58,696 nucleotides of DNA from an uncultured Methanosarcinales archaeon. GTDB taxonomy: Archaea; Nanobdellota; Nanobdellia; Woesearchaeales; CAYZNE01. Within the stretch, counting starts at the first letter, position 1; every line of letters begins with the position of its first letter. The stretch covers positions 69,159 to 127,854 of the forward strand of contig CAYONI010000003.1 in assembly GCA_964405295.1 (NCBI GenBank). Reading direction: 5' to 3'. The position numbers were made by a program, and so were the translations under genes. This document shows positions 46,114-57,052 of the stretch, in pieces. The notes beneath the pieces were generated by a model. The model was not told the origin of the DNA. It was given only the letters and a program-made list of their open reading frames with translations, and did not search any database.

Positions 46114-49100
46114 ATGTTTTTGGTGAGATCGAATAAATCTAAGATTATTTTGGCAACACTTATGCTGGCAATAGGCATTATACTAATTAATTCTGCATTC
46201 GCAAGTGTTTCTGATTTTGGATTAGAATACAATGAGCAACCAATAACAAAAATTTCTCTTAATTACCCTTTAACAACAACCGCAGTTTTCAAAGTTGATA
46301 CGAATGTTATGCCTTTTAAGATTGTTGCTAATTTTTCAGATCTTGTAAGAAATCCTTTCTATAAACAACAATATCAAGGAATAATCATGGGTTCAAATGC
46401 ATGTTCATGGGACAACTCAAGTGATAGAATTAAGTGCGGGCTAGAAAATGTAATAATAAACCCTGAAAACGCAACAGTTGAATTAAGCTTCCAAGTTTAT
46501 ACAACTGCAACTAATTTTACAAATCATACACTTATGCATACATTTGCAGTTGACAATGATGCACCAACATTATTATCCATTAACACAGAATTTTGCTATG
46601 AAGAGGCATGTTACATCAAAAGTAATACAAACACTTTAATGACTTTTGAATTTGACGATGGCAGTGAACAATTTATTCGAAATAGAGTATTCTATTCATT
46701 TAATAACAATAAGTATCCTGTTCACGCTTGTTCAGATGGAACTTGTTATGCATATGCATCAAAAGTTTGTACATCAGGACAAAACTTTTTAACAAAATTA
46801 ATAACAGTTGGAACTTACAAGACAGAGGACGATGCAGGCAACCCTGCAATATCTGAAGTTGAAGAACAATTCTATTGTGATAGCTTAACCCCCTATAGTA
46901 ATGGATTGGGAGATGGAGTTAGTTATGACAGACATAATGATGTTTTTGAGGATGAATCAAGCATTGAGTTTATTGGTAGTGATTCAGATTATGGCTTGAT
47001 CGTCGGCGCAAAGCCACTACAAATAAAAGCTTATGTTTTTGAAGATGGGCCAGTTTTAGAAGGAGAAACAAATTTAACAAGCATTGGTGGAGATATCCAA
47101 AGAGTTGCATGTACGAAATCACAACAGGCAAATAACTTATTTATTTGTGACTTCAGTGTTGCACAATTAAAAAATGAGCATATGCAAGAAGAGTTAACTT
47201 TTAATTTTTATGACATTGTAAATAATAGTGCATCAACAACAAAATCTATAACTGTATTAAAAAATTCAGGTGAAAATATAACCACACCTGATTGCATAAA
47301 TCTTGATGAAGGAGATTTTAAACCAACAAAAATAAATAGGATTGCACTAGACCTTGCACAAACAAACTCTCTTACTTACCCTATTTACGCACCATACACT
47401 CCAAACAGAAAAAGTGGGTCAACATGTACTGGAACACATATTAATCAACAAGTAATTGATGATTGTTGGATAACGCTTACTAATGGGAGCACAATGCCTG
47501 CATTCGGAAATGTCTTTGATGACAGTAGTACAATAAAATATCCTTACAAACAAATCAATAAACCTAATTATATTAATTTACCAATTACTTCAATTACTTC
47601 AAATGCAATTATGAATACAAAACTAACCTGTAATATTAGTTTTTATGTTTCTAATAACGAAGAAATTTTTGAACAACCCTTAATAAAACAAGGAACTTGG
47701 GATGTTGAATTCATGAACTCTGCACTTGGTAGACCTGGAAAAGAATATACAGAGAAACTAAAAAAAGTGGAAAAAACAGTTAACTCAGATTTAAGTCAAG
47801 CAATTGGGCATATCAATGATGGCTTAGCAACAGCATCTTTCCTATGTAACACAAAGAATATGATTACTAATACTCTTGGAAGTACAAAGATTATTCTTGA
47901 TGGTATGGATATAGTAAGAGGCAAAATTGATTCATCAGCACTAGGACTTCCTGCAACAAGTAGCCCAATATCAGAAATGCTAACATATCTTAATGGTAAT
48001 GAAGAGGGCAGAGCAATAAAAAATCAAGCAGTTGCAACACTTGCAAGTATTTTTGATTATTCTTGCTTAGCATCCTCTTGTGGTTTAGAACAATATCTTA
48101 GTGCAACAGATAATTCAAGTAAAAGTGCATTTGGCGAGTTAAAATCAGTTTATCTTGGGACAACTCATGAAGAAAGTACACAAGCAAGTTCTGGCCAATC
48201 AACAAGCTTTAATTTAAGCTTTTACCAAGATGAAGTTTTATCAAACATAGGCAGGCCTGATTTATATAACAGTGTTATTGCCTGTGCATCAGTTGGTTGC
48301 CTTCCAGGAATTGCATATCACGCAAATAAATATAGAGAAGCAGAATGTGAAAGACTTTATTGCATTAAAAGACAAGCACAATATGGTGCAAGTATTGAAT
48401 CTTGTGATGTTGCAAAGAAAACATTTACTTGTAAACAAATAACTGGAGAAATATTTGAAATGCCTTATTTAAGAGATATTAAAAATTTAGCAGATAATGC
48501 TAATCATCTAGCTCAAAATTTTGTTCCAACAACACTAAGTCAATTTTTTAGTTCAAAACTATGTACTGACACATATAGTAAGGTTATTAGTGGTGAAATA
48601 CAAAAAGTTGGAGACTTAAATGAAAGACACATTATAATGTGTGAGATTCCTCTAAGTATTGGAAGATTTATTAGAGGTCAAAGAATGACAAACAAAGCAG
48701 GATCATTTACTTATCCTTCAAGTGGACTTGATATTTGTGAAATGGCACTATGTAATGAGGAAGATGAATCTAAATGCGAACAAAATATTGGCTGGATAGG
48801 TAATCAACTTCCAAACTATGTTTATGATATGGTTGATACAAATGAAGAATCTGCAGAAGATCACATGAGAAGACTTCAAACAATAAGAAGGAGTATGGGT
48901 GGTGGACAAAACTTCATGAATGCAATGGATAATTACTTTGAAACAATTGATAATGTTAGAGATAATAAAGTAGATGATAATGATATAAAAAATTACGAAG
49001 ACGCCGCAGAAAGATTAAGGTACAGTTATGGTATGGAAATGGATACCGATTACGATACGTTCAAAAATGAAGTATTATTGACAAGTAATGTTGAAGACAC

Positions 49101-50388
49101 AATTTATACCAATATGAAAGAAGGATTAAGAGTAGGAAGAGAAGCAAGCCAGGGTGCAGGGATAGATACAAACCAAGAACCTGACCTTGATAATGATTTC
49201 ACAAAATTACCTATTGGAGTTACAGAAAGCCAAGCAACATCTGATGTTATACTAGAGCAATTCTTTATGGATCAAACAGATGGAGAAGGCCAAGAAATGG
49301 GTGGGACTGCACGATCAATGTATATTCGTATGCATTCTGATACTACTATTTCACCAGAATTTAAACAAGAAAAAATAATAAGTCGAGCAAATTGGGTTGT
49401 AAATGGAGATCCTTTATCACTTGGGGCGCAAGAACAAAAAAACTATTTGAAAAAAAATCCTCCAAATTATGCAGGAGATAATTGGAGTGAAGTTGTTGAT
49501 TGCTTATATGACCCTGACTGCAAAAAAGATAATGAAGCAATGTATAATGATTCTCAAAAATTCTTAGAAAAGAATCTAAAGGAGCATGATAGAATTAATA
49601 ATGCAGTTAAAGACAGGCAAGAAGAAATAAATAAGAGAAAGGAATTCCTTAGCAGAAGAAAAACCATTGCAGGTTTAATTGATATCGGAGTTAAATGGTT
49701 ATGGGATAATCACCTAAAAGATCTTGGAACGCTAAGCGACATGAGAGATAAATGGGGCTGGGATGGTGCAGGAGAACTCTCAGACTTCTTAAATGAATAC
49801 ATTAATTCAAACAGTTGGAAAAATAGCTTATGTAATCCTGAATCAGGATTTGCTTATAACTTAATCCATGGTGAAAGTGATACTGTGAATGATGTTCTTG
49901 AATGCACAGATAGCGTGTGTAGACCAGTAATAAGTATGGCAATGGAAAAAGCAGTATACAACAAGACTAACGAAACAGGCCAAGAAGAAACAGATCATTA
50001 CATTTATACTTTAGTTTATTATGTTGGACCTGCAAAACAAGATTATACTTACAACATTAAATTTTATTATGGTAATGGTGATAGCTATTGTGTTTACCAA
50101 AATGAAGAAGGTGCATGCCTTGGAGATGAATTAATTGCAGGAGAAACAGGTAAAGATTCAACAGAAATGGCAATTGCATTCACAAGTGCTAATGATTATG
50201 AAAAAATGTGTATTGAATTTAATAAACCCTTCCCAAGTATAGAATCTCAGGGAACAGGTTCAGATCCTAAAAATAAATACTGTAGAAACATTGTTGAGAG
50301 TGCATTCTTTACAGGAGATCCTGATTTAGAATTTGATGAAACTACAGGTAGTGGTGGAGGATCAACCAGCTCAGCAATATTTGAATAA
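46114..50388 (+). CDS. Large secreted or surface Cys-rich protein (1424 aa)
   Basis: Signal peptide ending AFA; about 37 Cys; VDNDAP Ig-like boundary; many N-x-S/T sequons. Confidence 0.85.
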   Translation: MFLVRSNKSKIILATLMLAIGIILINSAFASVSDFGLEYNEQPITKISLNYPLTTTAVFKVDTNVMPFKIVANFSDLVRNPFYKQQYQGIIMGSNACSWDNSSDRIKCGLENVIINPENATVELSFQVYTTATNFTNHTLMHTFAVDNDAPTLLSINTEFCYEEACYIKSNTNTLMTFEFDDGSEQFIRNRVFYSFNNNKYPVHACSDGTCYAYASKVCTSGQNFLTKLITVGTYKTEDDAGNPAISEVEEQFYCDSLTPYSNGLGDGVSYDRHNDVFEDESSIEFIGSDSDYGLIVGAKPLQIKAYVFEDGPVLEGETNLTSIGGDIQRVACTKSQQANNLFICDFSVAQLKNEHMQEELTFNFYDIVNNSASTTKSITVLKNSGENITTPDCINLDEGDFKPTKINRIALDLAQTNSLTYPIYAPYTPNRKSGSTCTGTHINQQVIDDCWITLTNGSTMPAFGNVFDDSSTIKYPYKQINKPNYINLPITSITSNAIMNTKLTCNISFYVSNNEEIFEQPLIKQGTWDVEFMNSALGRPGKEYTEKLKKVEKTVNSDLSQAIGHINDGLATASFLCNTKNMITNTLGSTKIILDGMDIVRGKIDSSALGLPATSSPISEMLTYLNGNEEGRAIKNQAVATLASIFDYSCLASSCGLEQYLSATDNSSKSAFGELKSVYLGTTHEESTQASSGQSTSFNLSFYQDEVLSNIGRPDLYNSVIACASVGCLPGIAYHANKYREAECERLYCIKRQAQYGASIESCDVAKKTFTCKQITGEIFEMPYLRDIKNLADNANHLAQNFVPTTLSQFFSSKLCTDTYSKVISGEIQKVGDLNERHIIMCEIPLSIGRFIRGQRMTNKAGSFTYPSSGLDICEMALCNEEDESKCEQNIGWIGNQLPNYVYDMVDTNEESAEDHMRRLQTIRRSMGGGQNFMNAMDNYFETIDNVRDNKVDDNDIKNYEDAAERLRYSYGMEMDTDYDTFKNEVLLTSNVEDTIYTNMKEGLRVGREASQGAGIDTNQEPDLDNDFTKLPIGVTESQATSDVILEQFFMDQTDGEGQEMGGTARSMYIRMHSDTTISPEFKQEKIISRANWVVNGDPLSLGAQEQKNYLKKNPPNYAGDNWSEVVDCLYDPDCKKDNEAMYNDSQKFLEKNLKEHDRINNAVKDRQEEINKRKEFLSRRKTIAGLIDIGVKWLWDNHLKDLGTLSDMRDKWGWDGAGELSDFLNEYINSNSWKNSLCNPESGFAYNLIHGESDTVNDVLECTDSVCRPVISMAMEKAVYNKTNETGQEETDHYIYTLVYYVGPAKQDYTYNIKFYYGNGDSYCVYQNEEGACLGDELIAGETGKDSTEMAIAFTSANDYEKMCIEFNKPFPSIESQGTGSDPKNKYCRNIVESAFFTGDPDLEFDETTGSGGGSTSSAIFE

Positions 50389-50391
50389 AAA

Positions 50392-52707
50392 ATGAGAACA
50401 AACAAGAAAGCACAATTAACTGCATTTATTATTATTGCATTAGTTTTACTGATTAGTATTGGATTATACTTTGGGATAAGAGAGTTTTCAGCGAGAAACC
50501 AACCAGATGTTCCTCAGCCAGTTGAAAGTGATCAAGCAGAAATAGCAACAAAATTTGTTGAAAGCTGTATGAACAGAGTTGGCAAGGAAGCCGTAATCTT
50601 AATTGGCGAACAAGGAGGGTATCTAAACACTGAAGGATTAAAAGTAAGCCCTATACCTTATGATTCAGATGTATTTTATAATGATGTATACAATATTCCT
50701 TATTGGTATTATATGAAAAGTGAAGGCGTATTTAGATCAAATAAACCTGCACTATGTTCTTATTCAGGAGATTGTGGAATAAATGATTTCAGAAATGAAG
50801 GACAACAAAGTGTTCAAGAAAATATTGAAATTTATATCAAAGAAAACATTGACTCTTGCATTAATGATTTTAAAGATTTAGATCCGATGTTTGAAACAAA
50901 TATAATTGGTGAAAAGAATCTTGGTGTTCAAATCTTTGAAGATCAAGTGATTATTCGAATGAACTACCCTATTGAAATAAATTCTTATGACAGTGAATCA
51001 ACAACAGGGTTAAATACTTTTAGTACTGAACTTGATGTTCCTCTACTGCAACTATTCAGTTTTGCAAAAGATATTATTGAAGCAGAAATAGCACATAAAT
51101 TTATAGAATCAAATACGCTTAATTTGATTAGTGTTTATTCAAGAATGGATAATAATTATCTTCCACCAATGGCAGAGATGACTTTTTTTAAGTATGATAG
51201 CAACTTTTGGATAAGAAGACAACTTGCAGAAACAATGAGGTATGAAGTTCTACCTTTTGTAGGATTAACAAAAATAGGGAACGCAAAATATGGAATACCC
51301 GCAATTGCAAGAGTTAAAGGGGAATACTTCCCATTTGCACAAGGATTATATGATTCTTTTGTTGTAGATATTGGAAACAATAAAACCTACAATTATACTG
51401 CAGATATTTATTACCCTGATTCAGAAATAGATTTCTTTATTAACAAAGGTGAAGAAATAATTAGACCTAGTAAAATAAAAGGTATACACCCTACATTTGA
51501 CAAAATGTTTAGTTTACTAATTCAAGATTATAGTTTTAATTATCACCTTTCATTCCCAGTTGTAATAACCTTGAAAGACGATGAAGCATTTAATGGCCAA
51601 GGTTACGAATTTACTTTTGCAGTTGAGTCAAACATAAGAAATAATGTTCCTGCAGTCGGAAATATCAGTTTCACTTCTTTTGGCAGTACGTCAAGATTGC
51701 AAATAGATGACCCTAATGCACTTGTAAATAAAATATTTACAATAAAAGTAAAAGATAAACATACAGATATGCCTGTAATAGATGCAGATATAATATATAA
51801 TTGTGGAACCGATTTTTATGTTGGTAAAACAGAAATAAAAAATAATGAAGGAGTATTTGAAGGAAAACTTCCTTACTGTGGAGCAAATGGTTATCTTAAA
51901 ATAATCAAAGATGGTTATGGACCTACAGCAATAGATTTAATTAATGATGAAATAGATATAAGTGAAGAAACAATTGACTTTGAAATCTGGCCTATTGCAA
52001 ACAAAACAGTTAGATACTACAAAAGAACTCCTGAAGATATAGAAAATATGTCAACCATTGAAGATAAACTAACAAAAAAACATGAAATAGATTATGATGA
52101 AGAAATAATTTTTAATTTCCAAAGAATAAAATCGCATCCTAGTGAAGATCCTTTCCCATTAACTGGATTCAAATTAGTAACAAGAGAAAATTATACTAAC
52201 ATTGAAACAGGAGTTGAAGACCAAAGAGCACAAATAGAATTATATTATAATTCAGGACAAATGAATCAAAGTGTATATGAATCATTAATTGAACAATTAG
52301 ATATTTTTGGTGAAGAAAATGTTGGAGTAGAAGTTGCACCAACTGAAGAACTTGAATTAATTCCTGGAACATATGTTATTGATGCACTTATGATAAAGAA
52401 TGGCCCATTTAATATTCCTGAAAAAGATAAAGAGATTTGCCCTTCAGGTTTTGATCCTCTTGGAATTTGTATTGGTGGAACAGAAACAATAACTTACAAT
52501 GAAACTAACCTAACTTCTTGGGTAACAGGAAAACTTAAATTTAATTTTACAATAAGAGAAAATTATGTTTACAATGATAAAAATCTTTACTTCTTTATTC
52601 CAGTAGTTGATGTTCCTACAAATTGGGATCAACTAATTGACTTTGACATAGATTCTTATTTAGAAGACGAAGTTGAAGACTGGATGATGCTGCCTTATTA
52701 TGAATAA
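50392..52707 (+). CDS. Large class III signal-peptide (pilin-like N-terminus) protein, 771 aa
   Basis: KKAQ-LTAFIIIALVLLI prepilin-type leader; FVESC, IGEQGGY, IPYWYY. Confidence 0.85.
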   Translation: MRTNKKAQLTAFIIIALVLLISIGLYFGIREFSARNQPDVPQPVESDQAEIATKFVESCMNRVGKEAVILIGEQGGYLNTEGLKVSPIPYDSDVFYNDVYNIPYWYYMKSEGVFRSNKPALCSYSGDCGINDFRNEGQQSVQENIEIYIKENIDSCINDFKDLDPMFETNIIGEKNLGVQIFEDQVIIRMNYPIEINSYDSESTTGLNTFSTELDVPLLQLFSFAKDIIEAEIAHKFIESNTLNLISVYSRMDNNYLPPMAEMTFFKYDSNFWIRRQLAETMRYEVLPFVGLTKIGNAKYGIPAIARVKGEYFPFAQGLYDSFVVDIGNNKTYNYTADIYYPDSEIDFFINKGEEIIRPSKIKGIHPTFDKMFSLLIQDYSFNYHLSFPVVITLKDDEAFNGQGYEFTFAVESNIRNNVPAVGNISFTSFGSTSRLQIDDPNALVNKIFTIKVKDKHTDMPVIDADIIYNCGTDFYVGKTEIKNNEGVFEGKLPYCGANGYLKIIKDGYGPTAIDLINDEIDISEETIDFEIWPIANKTVRYYKRTPEDIENMSTIEDKLTKKHEIDYDEEIIFNFQRIKSHPSEDPFPLTGFKLVTRENYTNIETGVEDQRAQIELYYNSGQMNQSVYESLIEQLDIFGEENVGVEVAPTEELELIPGTYVIDALMIKNGPFNIPEKDKEICPSGFDPLGICIGGTETITYNETNLTSWVTGKLKFNFTIRENYVYNDKNLYFFIPVVDVPTNWDQLIDFDIDSYLEDEVEDWMMLPYYE

Positions 52708-52733
52708 GAAATAAAAACAATAAGAAAAATTAA

Positions 52734-53567
52734 TTAATTCCCTTCTCCTTGATTACCATTAGCAATATACTCATTTGTTGCAGCGTCATGCTTCTCTTTA
52801 TTATATATTATATTAAGACCCTTAGCCATCTTCTTAGTATTAACCAGGTTTTTCTGGGCATGGTACCCTGCACTAAGTATGCTTGCAGAATCAGCCTCAT
52901 GAAGTTTCTCATCATGATCCAACCAAGGCACTTTGTCAATACACTTTATAGAATAGTTTAAAGAATCAGGCTTTTTAACCATGGTAGCAACCTTCTTATT
53001 GGTTTCAAGATAGTGATATACTTGTCTTGCCTGGGCTCGCTCTTCCATATTGAATGCATCATAAACTTCACCAAATGTTGCTTTTTTCTTTCTTATCTTT
53101 TTTACCAAAGCATAAAAATCTGATTTTTTACGCATTTGACCATCTTCACCAATATGTAGTTTACCAAGTTCTTTGAAAACTCTTTCCTTTGCTTTTTCAG
53201 GAGTATACTTCTTAGTGTTACTTTCAATAATTTTTAGTATGGCTGCACCCTCAGTAGTTCCTTTTAACTCAATCTTTGCTGCTTCGTAAACTGCTTCTTC
53301 CAGTTTACTTATGTGATCATCGGATTTTGCAACTGTATCCCTACGATTTTCCATTGGAACTAATCCACCAATATTTTTTTCTATATGCTTGTAAGAATCA
53401 GAAATAAAAGTTCCTTTGAAAGTATCTGCAAGATTCTGTGCTCTCTTGGTAGTATTGTGATGATGCTCTGCAATTTCCGATAACTTGCTACTATCTTTTA
53501 AATAATCACCAATCTTATCATTAAGATCTTTAAATTCATCTAGAGGTTTATTTTTTTTATCAGCCAT
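52734..53567 (-). CDS. Hypothetical protein
   Basis: Start set at MADKK (53567) after AGGTGA RBS. Confidence 0.72.
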   Translation of the reverse strand: MADKKNKPLDEFKDLNDKIGDYLKDSSKLSEIAEHHHNTTKRAQNLADTFKGTFISDSYKHIEKNIGGLVPMENRRDTVAKSDDHISKLEEAVYEAAKIELKGTTEGAAILKIIESNTKKYTPEKAKERVFKELGKLHIGEDGQMRKKSDFYALVKKIRKKKATFGEVYDAFNMEERAQARQVYHYLETNKKVATMVKKPDSLNYSIKCIDKVPWLDHDEKLHEADSASILSAGYHAQKNLVNTKKMAKGLNIIYNKEKHDAATNEYIANGNQGEGN

Positions 53568-53810
53568 AATTATCACCTTGGTATTTAGTATTGTAATATC
53601 TTGTAATTTTAAATAATAAATGTTATAAGAATAATACACAATCTACCTTTATATATAGTTTTCTATTATTAATTTAAGCTATTAAAAAGCTTTATAAATG
53701 ATTTCAGCATTCCATAGTGTAGACTTCTCGAGAAACTCAAAGGGAACTACTGGGAAGTTTAAAGGAATAATATTAATATATAAAATAATTAAGCTAAAAA
53801 AGGTGCAATA

Positions 53811-54473
53811 ATGATAAAAAATAATGATTTTATAGAAATTGACTATACAGGAAGATTTGCTGATGGTAATGACGTTTTTGACACAACAAAAATTGCTGTT
53901 GCAAAAGAAAATAATCTTTTTGAAGATGGATCAGAGGCAAAATTTGTTCCATTAATCCTATGTGTTGGCCATGGCCAAGTTATTAAAGGTCTAGATAAAG
54001 CATTAATCGACAAAAAACTTAATGATGAATTCAAAGTTGAAGTTTCAGCAGAAGAGGGTTTTGGTAAAAAAGATGCAAGCTTAATCAGCCTAGTGTCTTC
54101 CAATGAATTCAAGAAACAAAAAGTAAATCCTATGGTAGGAATGGCAGTTAACATTGACGATTCAATGGGGATTATAAGAAGTGTTTCAGGCGGAAGAGTT
54201 GTAGTTGACTTTAACCACCCATTTTCAAGCAAAGATCTAATTTATGAGGTTAAAATACTAAAAATAATTGAAGATAAAGCTGAAAAAGTTAAATTACTAA
54301 CTAAAAACTTCTTTAATATTGAATCAGAAGTTGAAATTAAAGATAATAAAGCCGAAGTTAAGTTTAAACTACCTGCGAATGTTCCAAAAGAAAGCTTAAA
54401 TGATGAAATAAAGAAGGTTTTTGCTGAAAAAATCAAAGAAATCGTTGGAATAGAGGCTAACATTAACTTATAA
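53811..54473 (+). CDS. slyD: FKBP-type peptidyl-prolyl isomerase (SlyD-like)
   Basis: IDYTGR, VFDTT, GLDKAL, GRVVVDFNHP; upstream of ftsZ. Confidence 0.94.
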   Translation: MIKNNDFIEIDYTGRFADGNDVFDTTKIAVAKENNLFEDGSEAKFVPLILCVGHGQVIKGLDKALIDKKLNDEFKVEVSAEEGFGKKDASLISLVSSNEFKKQKVNPMVGMAVNIDDSMGIIRSVSGGRVVVDFNHPFSSKDLIYEVKILKIIEDKAEKVKLLTKNFFNIESEVEIKDNKAEVKFKLPANVPKESLNDEIKKVFAEKIKEIVGIEANINL

Positions 54474-54541
54474 ACTAAAAGAAAATTATATAAAGAGGTT
54501 TAACCATAAACAGATTATAATTAATACTTGGAGGGTTTTAT

Positions 54542-55636
54542 ATGGATTCAATCATAAATAGTGCAATAAATAATACAAATATTATACAAGAAAGAAAGGT
54601 AAATAATCTAGATCCTGAATTAGAAGAATTACTAAGCCAACAAAATGCAAAAATCAAAGTGATTGGCCCAGGTGGTGCAGGAAACAACACAATTAACAGA
54701 ATTAATGAAGTAGGAATTGTTGGTGCAGAAACTATTGCAATAAACACAGATGCACAAGACCTACTATACACAAGCGCAGATAAGAAAATTCTTATCGGTA
54801 AAGATTTAACAAAGGGTCTTGGTGCAGGATCAATGCCAAAGATTGGAGAAGAAGCTGCACGTGAGTCAGAGCATGACTTAAGAACTTCTGTTCAGGGCGC
54901 AGACATGGTTTTTATTACATGTGGTCTTGGTGGAGGAACAGGAACTGGTTCAGCACCAGTAATTGCAGAAATTGCTCAAAAAACAGGTGCATTAACAGTT
55001 GGTGTTGTTACAATGCCATTTGCTATGGAAAGCCATAGAAGATATGAAAATGCAGTTATGGGTTTAAGTAAACTTGAGAAACATGTTGATACACTAATAG
55101 TTATTCCAAATGATAAGTTGCTAGAATTAGCTCCTGATTTACCATTAAAAACAGCATTTAAGGTTGCAGATGAAATTTTAACAAATGCAGTCAAAGGAAT
55201 TGCAGAAATGGTAACAAGAGCAGGACTTGTAAACTTAGACTTTGCAGATATTAAAGCAGTTATGGGTGACGGAGGAGTTGCACTTATCGGTGTTGGAGAA
55301 TCTGACACAAACAATAAAGCTGAAGAAGCAGTAGATAAGGCAATAGGTAATCCTTTACTTGACGTAGACATATCTGGTGCAACAGGTGCATTAATCAACG
55401 TTTCTGGTGGACAAGATATGACCCTTGCAGAAGCAAAACAAGTTGTTGAAAGAATATCTAATCAACTTGATGAAGATGCAAGAATTATTTGGGGAGCACA
55501 AATTGACGAAGACCTTGAAGGCATAATGAAAGTTATGTTAATTATTACAGGGGTTCAAAGCAGCCAAATAACAGGTCATAGTATTACTACAAATAAAAAA
55601 AGTTATGATGAAGATTTAGGAATTGAATTTATTTAA
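54542..55636 (+). CDS. ftsZ: Cell division protein FtsZ (FtsZ1 context)
   Basis: GGAGNN, GLGGGTGTG, NLDFAD. Confidence 0.98.
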   Translation: MDSIINSAINNTNIIQERKVNNLDPELEELLSQQNAKIKVIGPGGAGNNTINRINEVGIVGAETIAINTDAQDLLYTSADKKILIGKDLTKGLGAGSMPKIGEEAARESEHDLRTSVQGADMVFITCGLGGGTGTGSAPVIAEIAQKTGALTVGVVTMPFAMESHRRYENAVMGLSKLEKHVDTLIVIPNDKLLELAPDLPLKTAFKVADEILTNAVKGIAEMVTRAGLVNLDFADIKAVMGDGGVALIGVGESDTNNKAEEAVDKAIGNPLLDVDISGATGALINVSGGQDMTLAEAKQVVERISNQLDEDARIIWGAQIDEDLEGIMKVMLIITGVQSSQITGHSITTNKKSYDEDLGIEFI

Positions 55637-55657
55637 TAACTAATTGAAGAGGTTAAT

Positions 55658-55822
55658 ATGACACTTAAAGAATTTATTAAAGAATGTAAAAGAGTATGGA
55701 CAATAACAAAAAAACCAACTAAAGAGGAATATAACGCAATTGTTAAAGTAACTGGAATAGGTATACTTGCGATAGGACTTCTTGGTTTTATAATAAATCT
55801 TATTAGTAAAGGATTTATATAA
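55658..55822 (+). CDS. secE: Protein translocase subunit SecE (Sec61 gamma)
   Basis: Not in ORF track: MTLKEFIKECKRVWTITKKPTKEEYNAIVKVTGIGILAIGLLGFII...; ftsZ-secE-spt5 synteny. Confidence 0.95.
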   Translation: MTLKEFIKECKRVWTITKKPTKEEYNAIVKVTGIGILAIGLLGFIINLISKGFI

Positions 55823-55840
55823 ATCCGCAACGTGATTAAA

Positions 55841-56386
55841 ATGGATGAAGAAAAACTAAAAACTCCCTATGAAATCGCCAAAGAGAGCGAGGAGAAAAAA
55901 GAAGAAAAACCAACAGTAGAAATTAATGAAGATACTAAAATATTTGCTCTAAGAACTACTGCGAACAGAGAAGAACAAGTCATGGAATTTGTTACTAGTA
56001 ATGCTAAAAAGAAAAAGCTTGAAGTTTATTCAATCATAAAACCTCATGGAATGAGGGGGTATATCTTTGTAGAAGCATCAAGTATCTCAGATGCAGAACA
56101 AGCTGCATTCGGAGTTCCTTATGCAAGGGGAATACTTCCAAAAGAGATTTCTTATGAAGAGATAGAACACATGATTGCACAAGTTAAAACAGAAGTTAAC
56201 ATTCAAAAGAATGATATTGCTGAAATTATTTCAGGACCATTCAAAAGAGAAAAGTGTAAAATTACAAGGATCGACAAAATTAAAGGTGATGTTGTAGTAG
56301 AACTTCTTGAAGCAGCTGTTCCAATCCCAATAACTCTTAAGATGGATGATGTAAAAGTTATTCGAAGAGAAAAGGATGAAGATTAG
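55841..56386 (+). CDS. spt5: Transcription elongation factor Spt5 (NusG)
   Basis: RTTANRE, RGYIFVE, KOW IISGPFK, VPIPIT. Confidence 0.96.
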   Translation: MDEEKLKTPYEIAKESEEKKEEKPTVEINEDTKIFALRTTANREEQVMEFVTSNAKKKKLEVYSIIKPHGMRGYIFVEASSISDAEQAAFGVPYARGILPKEISYEEIEHMIAQVKTEVNIQKNDIAEIISGPFKREKCKITRIDKIKGDVVVELLEAAVPIPITLKMDDVKVIRREKDED

Positions 56387-56439
56387 TTATTTTTTTTATT
56401 TTTAATTATTATTTAATTCTAAAACTAAACAATTAACAT

Positions 56440-57048
56440 CTACAAATCAAGAATTCTTCCTTTTTTACCAACAGAAATAACTTTTGTTTTTCCAATCATT
56501 TCTTCTATGCCTTCAGCTTCATGAACATGACTACATAAAAGAATGTCTGGGTGAAATGTATCAACAGCCTTTTTTACTGCGGCTGAACCTTCAAAAAAAT
56601 TTGTAAATTTTTCAATAGTAGATCCTTTTGGATGCTCATGAGTAACCATTATTTTTTTCTCTAAATAGGCAATCTTTTCAAACCCTTGCTTTAGAAGGCC
56701 AAACATTTCTTTTTCACTTAACATTGGACTTGGGCCTACTTCGGTGGAACCTCCTGCACCAAAAATACCTATATTTTTATATCTAACCGAATATCCGTGA
56801 ATATTTTTTATACCGTATAATTCTGCAAGAAAATCTGCAGTTGCAACAGGCTCGTGATTTCCAGGTATAAGTAAAACTTTTTTGTTTACTTTCTTAAACG
56901 GCCCTATAAGATTATCTGTAGAGGCATTAAAATCTGTTAGATCACCAGTTAATATAACAAGATCAACATTTTCTCTTTCTGCTTGTAATGCAAGCTCCTC
57001 TATTCTTTTTGTGTCGCCATGAATGTCTCCAGATGCTAAAACTTTCAT
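56440..57048 (-). CDS. Calcineurin-like metallophosphoesterase
   Basis: GDIHG, GDL, PGNHE, TH, SHVHE; start set at MKVLA (57048). Confidence 0.92.
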   Translation of the reverse strand: MKVLASGDIHGDTKRIEELALQAERENVDLVILTGDLTDFNASTDNLIGPFKKVNKKVLLIPGNHEPVATADFLAELYGIKNIHGYSVRYKNIGIFGAGGSTEVGPSPMLSEKEMFGLLKQGFEKIAYLEKKIMVTHEHPKGSTIEKFTNFFEGSAAVKKAVDTFHPDILLCSHVHEAEGIEEMIGKTKVISVGKKGRILDL

Positions 57049-57052
57049 TATA

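Noticed and set aside
53708..53758. Palindrome TTCTCGAGAA and a weak stem upstream of slyD
   Set aside because: Pairing is short and interrupted; not distinguishable from chance by eye
54976..55398. 140-aa minus-strand ORF, and the many similar 60-130 aa ORFs opposite known genes
   Set aside because: Antisense or alternate-frame shadows of well-supported genes, with low-complexity I/L/S/F composition
55633..55830. 65-aa minus-strand ORF
   Set aside because: Antisense shadow of secE (55658-55822, +)
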